A stretch of 63,727 bases of DNA, the filler included, from Chiloscyllium plagiosum (Eukaryota), in assembly GCF_004010195.1 (NCBI RefSeq). It is 4 parts of one record of this genome, joined end to end, with 100 filler letters (N's around TTAATTAATTAA, not from the genome) between each part and the next. Parts side by side here need not be neighbours in the genome. Positions count along the whole stretch, not along the records: positions 1 to 21,558 come from NC_057713.1; positions 21,659 to 42,939 come from NC_057713.1; 2 more parts are not named here. The stretch is one strand, 5' to 3'. Both the position numbers and the translations under genes were made by a program. Below, piece by piece: positions 12,357 through 23,716 of this stretch (its first letter is position 1; every line of letters starts with the position of its first letter). Under the pieces are notes generated by a model. It did not search any database. It saw only the letters and a list, made by a program, of their open reading frames with translations, and was not told the origin of the DNA.

Positions 12357-14060
12357 TAATCCTGGCAACATCCTTGTAAATCTTTTCTGAACCCTTTCAA
12401 GTTTCACAACATCTTTCCAATAGAATTGCAAGCAATATTCCAACAGTGGCCTAACCAATGTCCTATACAGTGCAACATGATCTCCCAACTCCTGTACTCA
12501 ATACTCTGACCAATAAAGGAAAGCATACCAAATGCTTTCTTCACTATCCTATCTACCTGTGACACTACTTTCAAAGAGCTATGAACCTACACTTCAAAGT
12601 CTCTTTGTTCAAGACCTTACTATTAAGTGTACAAGTCCTGCTAAGATTTGCTTTCCCAAAATGCAACACCTCACATTTATCTAAATTAAACTCCATCTGC
12701 TACTTCTCAGCCCATTGGCCCATATGATCAACATCCCATTATAATCTGAGGTAACTTTCTTCACTGTCCACATCCACTTCCAATTTTGGTGTCATCTACA
12801 AACTTACTAATTATACCTCTATGCTCACATCCAAATCATTTATATAAATGATGAAAAATAATGGACGCAGCACTGAACCTTGTGGCACTCCACTGGTCAC
12901 AGGCCTCTAGTCTGAAAAACAACCCTCCACCACCACCCTCTGTCTTCCACCTTTAGAGCCAATTCTGTTGCCAAATGGCGAGTTCTCACTGCTTTGCCCT
13001 TTTGTCCTTAATGTATTTATAAAACCCTTTGGATTCTCCTTAACCCTATTTGCGAAAGCTATCTCATGTCCCCTTTTTTGCCCTCCTGATTTCCTTCTTA
13101 ATTATAGTCCTGCTGCCTTTATACTCTTCTAAGGATTCACTCAACTTATCCTGTCTATACCTGACATATGCTTCCTTCTTTTTCTTAACCAAACCCTCAA
13201 TTTCTTTAGTCATCCAGCATTCCCTACACCTACCAGCCTTTCCTTTCACCCTGACAGGAATATACTTTCTCTGTACTCCCGTTATCTAATTTCTGAAGGC
13301 TTCCCATTTTCCAGCCGTCCCTTTACCTGCGAACATCTGCCTCCAATCAGCTTTCGACAGTTTTTGTCTAATACCGTCAAAATTGGCCTTTCTCCAATTT
13401 AGAACTTCAACTTTTTGATCTGGTCTATCCTTTTCCAGCACTATTTTAAAACTAATACAATTATGGTCTCTGGCCCCAAAATGCTCCCCCACTGACACCT
13501 CATGCCTTATTTCCCAAGAGTAGGTCAGGTTTTGCACCTTCTCTAGTAGCTACATCGACATACTGAATCAGAAAATGTTCTTGTGCACACTTAACAAATT
13601 CCTCTCCATCTAAACCCGTAACACTATGGTAGTCCCAGTCTATGTTTGGAAAGTTAAAATCCCCTACCATAACCATCCTATTATTCTTACAGATAACTGA
13701 GATCTCTTTACAAATTTGCTTCACAATTTCCCTCTGACTGTTAGGGGGTCTATAATACAATCCCAATAAGTTTATCATGCCTTTCTTATTTCTCAGTTCC
13801 ACCCAAATAAATTCTTTGGATGTATTTCTGGGAATATCCTCCCTCAGTACAGCAGTAATGCTGTCGCTTATCAAAAACGCCACTCCCCTCCTCACTTGCC
13901 TCCCTTTCTATCCTTCCTGTAGCATTTGTATCCTGGAACATTAAGCTGCCAGCCCTGTCCATCCCTGAGACACGTTTCCGTAATTGCTATGATATCTCAG
14001 TTCCATGTTCCTAACCATGCCCTGAGTTCATCTGCCTTCCCTGTTAGGCCCCTTGCATTT
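12357..14060 (-). mobile_element. CR1 LINE ORF2 fragment (APE endonuclease to RT, internal deletion)
   Basis: AITETCL, GVAFLI, LYYRPPN and GDFNFPNIDW endonuclease motifs; RPLLEYCLQF and LERVQKRFTRMLPGL C-terminal motifs. Confidence 0.93.
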
Positions 14061-14069
14061 GACTGTGCA

Positions 14070-14983
14070 ATTTGTTTCTGTGCTGTACATCCCTATGACT
14101 TTATGAGCAAAGGGTTTATTTCTGTGCTGTACGTCTCTATGACTCTATGACCAAAGGGTCTGTTTCTGTACTGTACGTCTCTGTGACTCTATGATGAAAA
14201 GGTCTGTTTCTGTGCTGTATATCTCCATGATTCTATGATCTCTTTCTGTGTTGTACATCTCTATGACTGAAAGATCTGTTTCTGTGCAGTACATCTGTCT
14301 GACTCTATGACCAGATGGTCTGTTTCTGTGCGGTACATCTCTCTGACTCTATGACCAAAGGGTCTGTTTCTGTGCTGTACATCTCTATGACTCTTTGACC
14401 GAAGGATTTGTTTCTGTGCTGTACATCTCTATGATTCTGACTGAAGGATTTGTTTCTGCGCTGTACATCCCTATGACTCTATGATCAAAGGTTCTGTTTC
14501 CAGCTGTACATCTCTCTGACTGTATGACTGAAAGGTCTGTTTCTGTGCTGTACATCTCTGTTACTCTATGACGAAAGGATCTGTTTCCATTCTGTACATC
14601 TCCATGATTCTATGACGAAAGGATCTCTTTCTGTGCTGTACATCTCCATGATTCTATGACCAAAGGATCTCTTTCTGGGTTGTACATCTCTATGACTCTA
14701 TGACTGAAGGATCTGTTTGTGTGCAGTACATCTCTCTGACTCTATGACCAAAGGGTCTGTTTCTGTGCTGTAAATTTCTATGACTCAATGACAGAAGGGT
14801 CTGTTTCTGCGCTGTACATCTCTATGACTCTTTGACCAAAGGATCTATTTCTGTGCTATACATCTCTATGACTTTATGAGCAAAGGGTCTGTTTCTGTGC
14901 TGCACATCCCAATGACTCTATGACTAAAGATTCTGTTTCTGTGCTGTATGTCTCTGCGATCGAAGGGTCTGTTTCTGTGCTGT
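14070..14983 (+). repeat. Tandem array (~21 x 44 bp) of the CR1/HER1 LINE 3'-terminal sequence
   Basis: Unit gaccaaagggtctgtttctgtgctgtacatctctatgactctat (period 44: 14105, 14149); matches CR1 termini at 61540-61586 (+) and 47617-47661 (-). Confidence 0.93.
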
Positions 14984-15267
14984 GACCCTAAGCTCATCGC
15001 ACGAGGACCTCTGCTCCTGGTGCAACTAGATAAAGATGGGTGTGTTCTCTTTTCAAAGCTAGCACATGTTTTTTTTCTCTCTCTCTGCTGTTTGTAGTGT
15101 TTCCTTTTTTTTTTAATTTCAGATTTACAACACTAGTATTTTGCTTCTGTATTATGTTGCTATCACATTAAGACTTGTTAAAGTTGGAGTGGAAAGCGAT
15201 AGTAACAATAATGAAATTGTTCATTGGATGCTGAGCTGGATGCTATTCAATTGCATGTTCTATGAGA

Positions 15268-16475
15268 GTCATAGAGTCAAACAGACCCATCGGTTCAACT
15301 TGTCCATGCCAACCAGACATTCTAAATTCATCTTGTGCCAAGGGGCGGCACGGTGGCTCAGTGGTTAGCACTGCTGCCTCACAGCACTGATGCCTCACAG
15401 CACCAGGGTCTCAGGTTTGAATCCAGCCTTGGATTACTGTCTGTGTGGAGTTTGCACGTTCTCCCTGTGTCTGCGTGGGTTTCCTCCGGGTGGTCCGGTT
15501 TCCTCCCATAGTCCAAAGATGTGCAGGTCAGGTGAATTGGTCGTGCTAAATGCCCATAGTGTTAGGTGCATTAGTCAGAGGGAAATGGATGTGGGTGGGT
15601 TAGTCTTCGGAGGGTTGGTATGGACTGGTTGGGCCGAAGGGTCTGTTTCCACACTGTGGGGAATCTAATCTAATCAATTGCCAGCATTTGGCCCATATCC
15701 CTCTAAACTCTTCCTATTCATATAGGCATCCTGTTGCCTTTTACATGTTGTAATTGTACCAGCCTCACCATTTCCTCTGGCAGCTCATTCCATACATACA
15801 ACACCGTCTGCGTGAAAAATGTATCCCTTAGGTCCCTTTTATATTTTTCCCCTCACAAATTAAACCTACATCCTCTAGTTTAGGACCCCCCAACCCTCAG
15901 AAAAAGACCTTCTTTATTTACCCTCTCCAATGGTCTTGTCTATTTACCCCCTCATTAGTTCAAACTTCAATCAGATCACTCATCAGCCTCAGACACTCCA
16001 GTGAAAATAGCTCCAGCCTATTCAGCCTCTCCCTATATGTCAAAACCTCCAACCCTGGCAACACCTTTATAAATCTTTTCTACACCGTTTCAAGTTCAAT
16101 AACAACTTTTCTATAGCAAGGAGACCAAAACTTAATGCAGTATTCCAAAAGTGGCCTAACCAATGTCCTGTGCAGCCGCCACATGACAGCTCAACTTAAT
16201 GCACTGACCAATAAAGGCAAGCATACCAAACATTTTCTTCAACATCCTGTCTTCTTGTGACTCAACCTTCAAGGAACTATGAGCCTGCAGCCCAAAGTCT
16301 CTTTGTTCAGCAACATTCCCGAGGACTGTACCATTACGTCCTGCCCTGATTTGCCTTACCAAAATGCCCACTTTATCAAAGTTCTGTTCTTCTTTGAGAT
16401 AACCTTTTTCATTATCCACCGATTCTGGTGTCATTTGCAAACTTAGTAAACGTTCCTCCTATATTCACATCCAAA
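15268..16475 (-). mobile_element. CR1 LINE 3' portion interrupted by an HE1 SINE
   Basis: Tail gagtcatagagtc..acagaccc; ORF 16156..16440 EQRDFGLQAHSSLKV..GMLAFIGQ. Confidence 0.85.
15342..15675 (+). mobile_element. HE1-type V-SINE
   Basis: tRNA-like head ggcggcacggtggctcagtggttagcactgctgcctcacagc; V-domain gtgtggagtttgcac..ctgcgtgggtttcctccgg; CR1-like tail ending in tctaa repeats. Confidence 0.9.
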
Positions 16476-16989
16476 TATTGTGGTGTTTCATGAAGTTGAT
16501 TCCAGGGATGAGGAACTTCAGTTACCTAGATAGTTTGGAGAAATTTTAAGCGTTTTCCTTGGAGAAGGGAACGTTAAGAGTTTTTAAAAAACAAGTTTAG
16601 CAGTTGTAAGAGCAATGTTTCCATTTGCTAAAGATGTGTGCTAAGAGGAATCTCTTAACCAACAACATGATATTCCACCTTTTTAGTTATAACAAGTCAC
16701 CTTGAATGGAGGATTCTACGTAATCAAAGATGGAGGATGGGAAAAAAATTGGGACTGTAAGAGCTGCTCCTTTTTTGATGTAATTTCTGTGTTGGAGCTG
16801 ATTTCCTCAAATTCTAGGAGCTGTAATTACTGTTTTACAAGCTGTTGCATTGTTTTGGAACTTTGGATACAAAAAAAAAGACACAGTTATAACATTTAAA
16901 AGCCATCTAAATGGGTGTATGAATAGGAAAGGTTAACCTGGATATGGGCCAAATGGGACTAGATTAATCTAGGATATCCAGTCGAATCA

Positions 16990-17764
16990 TATCATCAGGT
17001 TCGCTGATGATATGACTGTAGTGGGTCTCATCAGCGCGAATGCCAAGTCAGCATACGGAGAGGAGATGCAGCGGTTAACGGACTGGTGCAGAGCCACCAA
17101 CCTGTCACTGAACATGGATAAGATGAAAGAGACGGTTGTTGACTTCAGGAAGGCACGGAGCGATCACTCTCTGCTGGACATCAATGTCTCCCCTCCATCC
17201 TCACCACATTCTACAGAGGGTTCATTGAGAGTACTCTGAGCTGCTGCATCACTGCCTTGTTCGGGAATTGCGCTGTCTCGGATGGTAAAACCCCACAACG
17301 GATAGTGAGGACAGCTGAGAAGATCATCATGGTCTCTCTTCCCTCCATTACAGACATTTACACCACACACTGCATCCGAAAGGCTCAGGGCATTGTGGAA
17401 AACCCCACACACCCCTCACTCAAACTCTTCTTCCTCCTGCCATCTGGCAGAAGATACCAGGGCGTTTGGTCTCTCACGGCCAGATTGTGCAACAATTTTG
17501 TCCCCCAAGCCATCAGGCTCCTTAACACAGTATGTTCGGACTCTTTCCCATCTGAAATTCTTTGCACGACTTCAAATCGCTGCTATTTATCATTCTTCTA
17601 TTTTACCGTAACTTGCGTGTTTTGCACTTCTTACGCACTTTGTGCCATGTATGAGTGTGTAGTTTGTGCTGTCCATGTAGCATCCTCAGTCCTGGAGGAA
17701 CGCTGTCTTGTTTTAATGTATCAATTGTATATGGTAGAAATAACAAATAAAAGCTACTCTACTC
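16990..17764 (+). mobile_element. Rex1/Babar-clade LINE 3' fragment inserted in a CR1 3' tail
   Basis: FADDMTVVGLI, WCRATNLSLN..KETVVDFRK, QRIVRTAEKII, THP..LLPSGRRY and FVPQAIRLLN motifs; aataaa plus ctact tail; CR1 tail on both sides (16892-16985, 17764-17791). Confidence 0.85.
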
Positions 17765-18900
17765 ATGCTGTACAGCTTTATGACTCTATGAATGCATCCA
17801 ATTTTATACATTATCCTTTAAGCAACTATGTAATTACTGGATATACAGACAGGCAAGAATGGAAACCATGAGCACTGCTGACTGGCTGCCATCTTGACAT
17901 TTAAATTATGGTTATCGAATTCCATCTTCTTGGCTGCCTTCAGAGCCTGAGTGTCCAGACACACCTCAATGACTCAAGGTTCAAGCAGATAGTCATGAAG
18001 GATTCTGTTACAGAGAAACCTGAGACTCATTCATGTGCATTGAATTGAGGATGACTGGGAGGCCTTCAGCGATATATTGTACTCCATTGTTCTAGATATC
18101 TTGAGTCCAAGAAATTGAGGATTGTTCAATGGAAGCTCAGGGACATGCAAGACATTTTATTCAATCAAAAAGCAGAAGAACTTCATTCATATAGATAGCG
18201 CTGAGACTGGAACAGATTTTGTAATGCTCTGGTCTATGGGCCCTAGTCTTCTTGTTCCTTATCAATCTGTTGCCAAGGATCAACACTGCTCACAGAAAAA
18301 GAAAGATGGGCAGAGCACTTTAACCACATCCTCTACTGACCTTCATTCATCAATGTAGCAGCAATCATCAGGCTGCCATAGGTTATCATTAAATGTTCTC
18401 CAGATAACCCTTCCATGCTGTTAGATATGATGAATGCAAAATAAAATTCTATTGTGGAAAAAACTGGAGGTTATCATGCTATCCCAGTTGAGGTCTACAA
18501 GGCTGGAGATCAATATCTGGTTAGGAAGCTCACTGAACTATTTCAGTCTATGAGAAAGTAATAAACGATCCCTCAATAATATGACAATGTCTCCATTGTC
18601 CATCTGTACAAAAAGAAAAGCAACTGAGCAATCTTATAACAAACGTGGTGGAATCTCTCCAATGAAATCATTCACCTTCATTGACTGGCAAAATATTCAC
18701 CCAAATCCTTCTGAACCACTCAGCGCAAGAACTCAACATCATCTGCTGCCGGAGGTTCAGTGCAGTTTCAGAAAAGGGTGAATAACCACTGATATGTTTG
18801 TAGATAGTCAGCTACAGGAGAAATGTCAAGAACAGAATATGGACTTTTGCACCACATTTGTTTACCTAACCAAGAACTTTGACACAGTTATTTCTGAGGA

Positions 18901-19679
18901 TGTGATAATGTCAATTTCAGAATTTTAATAACTGTTCATGGATTGGAAAAAAACAACAAAGATAACTCTTTTTCTGGAATAAAGTGCTTCTTGAGATGAA
19001 AGGAACAATGAGGAACTGTTATAAAATGAGTTATAACAAGACGTGAATTAAACATCCCTGGGAAAAAGGTGCTACAAAAACAACATAAACAAGCTGTTTC
19101 CTGGGATAGGGAAGATAAGACTTATTTGATAATCTGATGCTTCATGACAAATGGGCAATTAGACCTGCCTGCAGAAGTAAAGTTCTGAGGCAAAGGGGTT
19201 AATTGTAGAAGAAAGCTGTGTTTAAACAGATAGCTAACTCCGAATGTAACAAGGATCAAAGGAGTTTTTTTTGATAAGAAGGCAAGCTGCAGACTTGAAT
19301 TCACGAAAAGCATAATCAATGTTGTGAATGAAAGAATCTAAAGGATAGTTATAAGGTCACATTGCAAACTTGAAAGAGAGAAAATTGTATAAGAATCCAA
19401 CGCCAGAACAACTTAACAGTAGAACTTCAAAGAACAACACTGCAGAAGGACTGAACCCTGGAAACTTCCAGGGACAGATGACTGTTAGTTGAAAATTGGC
19501 CAGATTTCACCATTAATCAGGTAATAGCTAAGTTGGGTCACAGGTTTATACTTGCTTACTTGAGGGGTCTGAATAAAGTTTAAATTATTGCTTCAGCATT
19601 TGATTGTCTGTGAGATTTCTTCATATGTAGCTGAATTAAAGGTGACTTGTGGTGATTCACCTGGAAGCTAATGAAAACA
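18901..19679 (+). mobile_element. Putative solo LTR inside the RTE LINE
   Basis: Interrupts the RTE RT; begins TG and ends ACA; AATAAA at ~19573; TSD only imperfect (gagga/gacgg). Confidence 0.5.
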
Positions 19680-20178
19680 GACGGTTCCTCTATGAAAATC
19701 ATAGAGTCATAGAAATCCACAAAACTGAAAAAGGCACTTCAGCCCATCATGTCCACACCAGTCAAAACGAACCACCTAACAATTCTAATTGTCATAATTC
19801 ATCATCATCATAATTGTTAACAGTTCCATGAAGGCATGCTCATACATGTCCTAGATCACAGTGAATCTTCTGACCAATTCCCAGCTACTAATGGAGTTAA
19901 ATAGGGCTAACATTAACCATCTCTGATGCTCTCTGATGCCATTCATAGTCGTGGTCCAGACATTTAGTATTGCATGGATGGAAATCTGCTCACTTTGAGA
20001 TCACACCAGGCAAAGCTGACAAGGTTATGCTTCACAATTTCCTGTTTGCCCATGTTTATGCACAAGTTGAAGATTCAGAGCTGAGAATGCAATGTAGCAG
20101 GCATATGTTTTCCAAAGCATGCAATAGTTTCAGTCTTATGATAATTATGAAGAAAAGTGTAGTCTTTTACCAACCTAA

Positions 20179-20312
20179 GTTGAAAAATGTGGTGCTGGAA
20201 AAACACAGCAGGCCAGGCAGCATCCGAGGAGCAGGAGGTGCTGTGTTTTCCAGCACCACATTTTTCAACTCTGGTACTCCAACATCTGCAGTCCTCACTT
20301 TCTCCTAGTTGA
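20179..20312. mobile_element. Short fold-back Penelope-like insertion with 16-bp TSD
   Basis: TSD tcttttaccaacctaa at 20163-20178 and 20313-20328; inverted arms gttgaaaaatgtggtgctggaaaa / ttttccagcaccacatttttcaac. Confidence 0.88.
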
Positions 20313-20841
20313 TCTTTTACCAACCTAATCCAGGAAAGCAATATCTCTGGCTCAAGGTTTCATTCATGGATAGAACATATATGCAGTGGACATGTTCACA
20401 TCTCAAACATGCTCTCACAAGCTGTATATATTGATAGTGACAAATACAGGAATTACCAATGTAAGTGTAGCCATCAGCAAACTTTAAACATTTGTCTGTG
20501 GTGAGAGGAGTAAGTCCACCGAGGATTCTACCTACCATGCTCTCTTCTCATGTCAGACTTAGACTGTGTACCAGCAATTTTCCAAGACATTTAACAGCTT
20601 TCACATGAACGGACTTTGGAAGCTGAGTTGGGCTGACCATACAACCAGAATGTCTGATACATGTTTAATTATCAAACAAACCTCCAATGAGAATACAGGT
20701 CTGGGATGCACTCTCATGGTTGTTATAGGAAGCTCGACAAAAAAAAACATTATGGAAATTTCATCTCTGAGTTTTGATATTGACTTCAAGTGGGAGAAGC
20801 TTACCACACTAGGATCTCTGTACCTGGTGCAACAAGGTAAA

Positions 20842-21428
20842 TGTTAGAAACGAAAATCGCTTCTCAATAATCGCTCTAGACAAATTCAGGAAAACAAAGT
20901 TTTATTAACAAGTCAAGTCTGCAGAGTTGGGCACCCTTGAAGAAAAGGCGCGCTGAGGCTTACAAAGTCTCCCATTATATACAGTACAAGTCCCTCCTCT
21001 CCTTGGCTCTAACAAGCCATGAGGTTCACATTCTTAAAAACATCATTATTCTTATCACAAAGTCTGCAACAAATGTCTCCAGAGTCTCTAAAGTTGTTGT
21101 TTTTCTCACCCTGTAGTCTTATCAGTCAAAGACTTATTCTTCTCTGTCTGTGCAATCTGGAGCAGATGTCTCTCGAGTCGTTTCCCTATCCTGCAGTCTT
21201 ATCAGTCAAGGACTCATCCTTCCCTACCTATGTTAATGGTTTCATCAATCAAGGACCTGTTTGTTTTTACTCTGCTCACAAATTGTCAGCATTCTGCACA
21301 ATTTAAACTATTCTACTTTTGAGTATATAAAATGGTTGTTAGAAAAGAAACAAAAGTTTTGTCTTTTAGTATAGATCAGTCTGTGGTCCAGGCACATCTT
21401 AAAGTTTAAACCGAAATTACCTCTCACA
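20842..21428 (-). mobile_element. Putative solo LTR (ERV-like)
   Basis: TG...CA termini; minus-strand TATATAA (~20975) followed by AATAAA (~20900); internal short repeats; no clear TSD. Confidence 0.55.
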
Positions 21429-21558
21429 GTATCCCAATCTTGAATCAGATTGGTTCTATTAACCAAAGTAGGAATTTATAAAATATTACATGCAGTTTGT
21501 GTGCTTTTTGAGCAAAATTGAATATATCTGCAAATATAATTCTGCAAATGCAAATTCA

Positions 21559-21658
21559 NNNNNNNNNNNNNNNNNNNNNNNNNNNNNNNNNNNNNNNNNN
21601 NNTTAATTAATTAANNNNNNNNNNNNNNNNNNNNNNNNNNNNNNNNNNNNNNNNNNNN
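21559..21658. other. Assembly gap spacer (N44-TTAATTAATTAA-N44)
   Basis: Identical 100-nt spacers at 42940-43039 and 60839-60938; other N gaps at 48217-48495 and 49650-50068. Confidence 0.97.
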
Positions 21659-21760
21659 ACGTCGATTCTCCTGTTCCCTGGATGCTGCCTGACCTGCTGC
21701 GCTTTTCCAGCAACACATTTCCAGCTCTGATCTCCAGCATCTGCAGCCCTCACTTTCTCA
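21659..21760 (+). mobile_element. Penelope-like family A terminal repeat (cut by gap)
   Basis: acgtcgattctcctgttccctggatgctgcctgacc...cactttctc. Confidence 0.85.
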
Positions 21761-22089
21761 TCACCTACATCCCTTAATCTAAGGACGACAGTAAGAAGAA
21801 GTAAGACAGTTAAGAAGATAGTAAAAGAGATCTCTTTACAGTCACTGTTTATTTTTGCACTCCCCTCTTTCATTTAGATATAACATTAAATACATATTTA
21901 TAAATCAAAAACATTCAGGAAATCATCAATTTCATCTAGATTATGGGTATTTCACAAGCCATGTTTCAGCTAACATAGATATGGAAGTTACATATAGTAT
22001 TCTGACACATACACACTTCATGGTTAAGCATGACCCAAGGTGGAGATGAGAGAGATTTGCTTCATGACACATGGCCATAATTTTTCAGT

Positions 22090-23398
22090 CACTATTACAC
22101 ACAAGGATGGTTCCAGAGGACTGGAGAAATGCAAACATTGTTCCAAAAAGGGCTGAAGCATAACTTTGGCAATTATCCCAGACCAATCAGTTTAGTTTAA
22201 GTGATGGGGCAAAATCTACACATGATCATTCACCATAGGTTTAATAATCACATGGACAAATGTGGGTGAGTTAAGAAGAGCCATCATGGATTCCTTAAGG
22301 GAAGACTCTATTTAACTATTTTGCTGGAGATTTCTAGAAGCATAATCTAGACAGTTGGTAAGAGTAACACAATTAATGTTGTATGGATTTCCAAAGGTGT
22401 TTGATACAGTGTTACACTACAGAACTATGAGCAAAATTAGACCTCAAAAAAGTATTGTTTTCCTTGATATATACTATCAATTGGACTTTGGTCTATGAAG
22501 CATTATCTAAGTTTGCAGATAATGAAAAGCTTTGAAGCTTTTTAAACTGTGAGGAAGGCAGAGTAAAACTTTATAAGATATTGACAAGTTGGTGGAGTAG
22601 GTGAATAGGTGGCAAATAAAGTTCATTGCTGACAAGTGTTAGGTTATACATTTTGGTTAAAAGGCTGCATAAAATAAATGCTACTATTATAAGGGATATG
22701 CAGGAGCAGAGGGGCCTGGGAGTATATGTGCAAAGGTCATCAAGGTGACAGGGTAGGTGGCAAGAACAATTAATAAACTATACAGTATCTGGGCTTTATT
22801 AGTTTGAATATAGAGTACAAGAGCAAGGAGTTGATCCTGAATTTGTATAAGACACTGGGTTAGATCTTAGCTGTACAGTCTTGAGATCAACACTTCAGAT
22901 AGGATGTGAACTCTTTGGAGTGAGTTCAGAAGAGGTTTACAAGAACAGTTCCAGGAATGGGAAACTGTAGTTGTGAGTAGATTGGAGGAGTTGGGACTGC
23001 TTTTCTCGAATGAAGACTAAGAGGACATTTTATTGAAGTTTTCAAATCATGAGGAGTCTGGACAAAGTAGATACAGAGAAATTGTCCACGCTCATAAAAG
23101 GATTGTAAATAAGGGGGCAAGAATTTGAAGTAATTTTCAAAAGAAGCAAATCTAATGTAAGAAATATCTTTTTCTCACAGCAAGTCATTAGAGTCTAGAA
23201 TACAGTGCCCAGAAGTGTGTTAGTGGTAGGTTCAATCAAGGTATTTCAGAGGATATTGGGCCATTATTTAAATAGAAGTAATGTGCTGAGTTACAGGGAA
23301 AAGGCAGGAGAATGGAACTAAATTATGGTGTTCAGCAAGCTGGTGCAGACATATTGAACTAAGTGACCTTTTGCATCATAATAATTCTGTGATTCTGT
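22090..23398 (+). mobile_element. Decayed CR1 LINE ORF2 to 3' end
   Basis: VPEDWRNANIV, HGFLKGR, MDFQ..FDTV, KFAD and RVQKRFTR remnants; tail attctgtgattctgt. Confidence 0.85.
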
Positions 23399-23464
23399 CC
23401 ATCTTTGAGGCCAGAACTAACTGACAAAATGATCTTGCCACCATCTCAAAGTTTATCGGCCTTT

Positions 23465-23716
23465 ATCTGGGTGATAGATATAGGATAGATGTCAGTGGTA
23501 GTTCTTTACTCAGACAATAGCAGGGGTGTGGAACGAAATGACTGCAACAGTTATAGACTCGCCAACTTTACGGGTATTTAAATGGTCATTGGATGGACAT
23601 ATGGACGAGAATGGAATAGTGTAGGTTAGATGGGCTTCAGATTGGTTTCACAGGACGGCACAACATCAAGGGTTGAAGGGCCTGTACTGAGCTGTAATGT
23701 TCTATATTCTATGTTC
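23465..23716 (+). mobile_element. CR1 LINE 3' tail (subfamily with ttctatg tail)
   Basis: Reverse complement of 52208-52440. Confidence 0.85.

Larger units (their letters stand above)
17990..20840 (+). mobile_element. Decayed RTE-clade LINE ORF2, fragmented by later insertions
   Basis: Frameshifted motifs IVHLYKRK, RGGIS, LPEVQCSFRKG, QLQEKCQEQN, FVYLTKNFDTV, QFHEGM and TNGVK*G. Confidence 0.75.

Noticed and set aside
14070..14983. CRISPR-like array
   Set aside because: Units are head-to-tail with no unique spacers, they derive from the CR1 tail, there are no cas genes, and the context is eukaryotic.
15342..15430. tRNA gene
   Set aside because: It is the tRNA-derived head of an HE1 SINE, as are the heads of the other HE1 copies; no complete cloverleaf is present.
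17257..17871. 204-aa ORF as a novel gene
   Set aside because: It is the C-terminus of a Rex1/Babar RT reading through into UTR and flank.
21559..21658. Conserved TTAATTAATTAA motif found three times
   Set aside because: It is always centred in a 100-nt N block, so it is an artificial scaffolding spacer with stops in all six frames.
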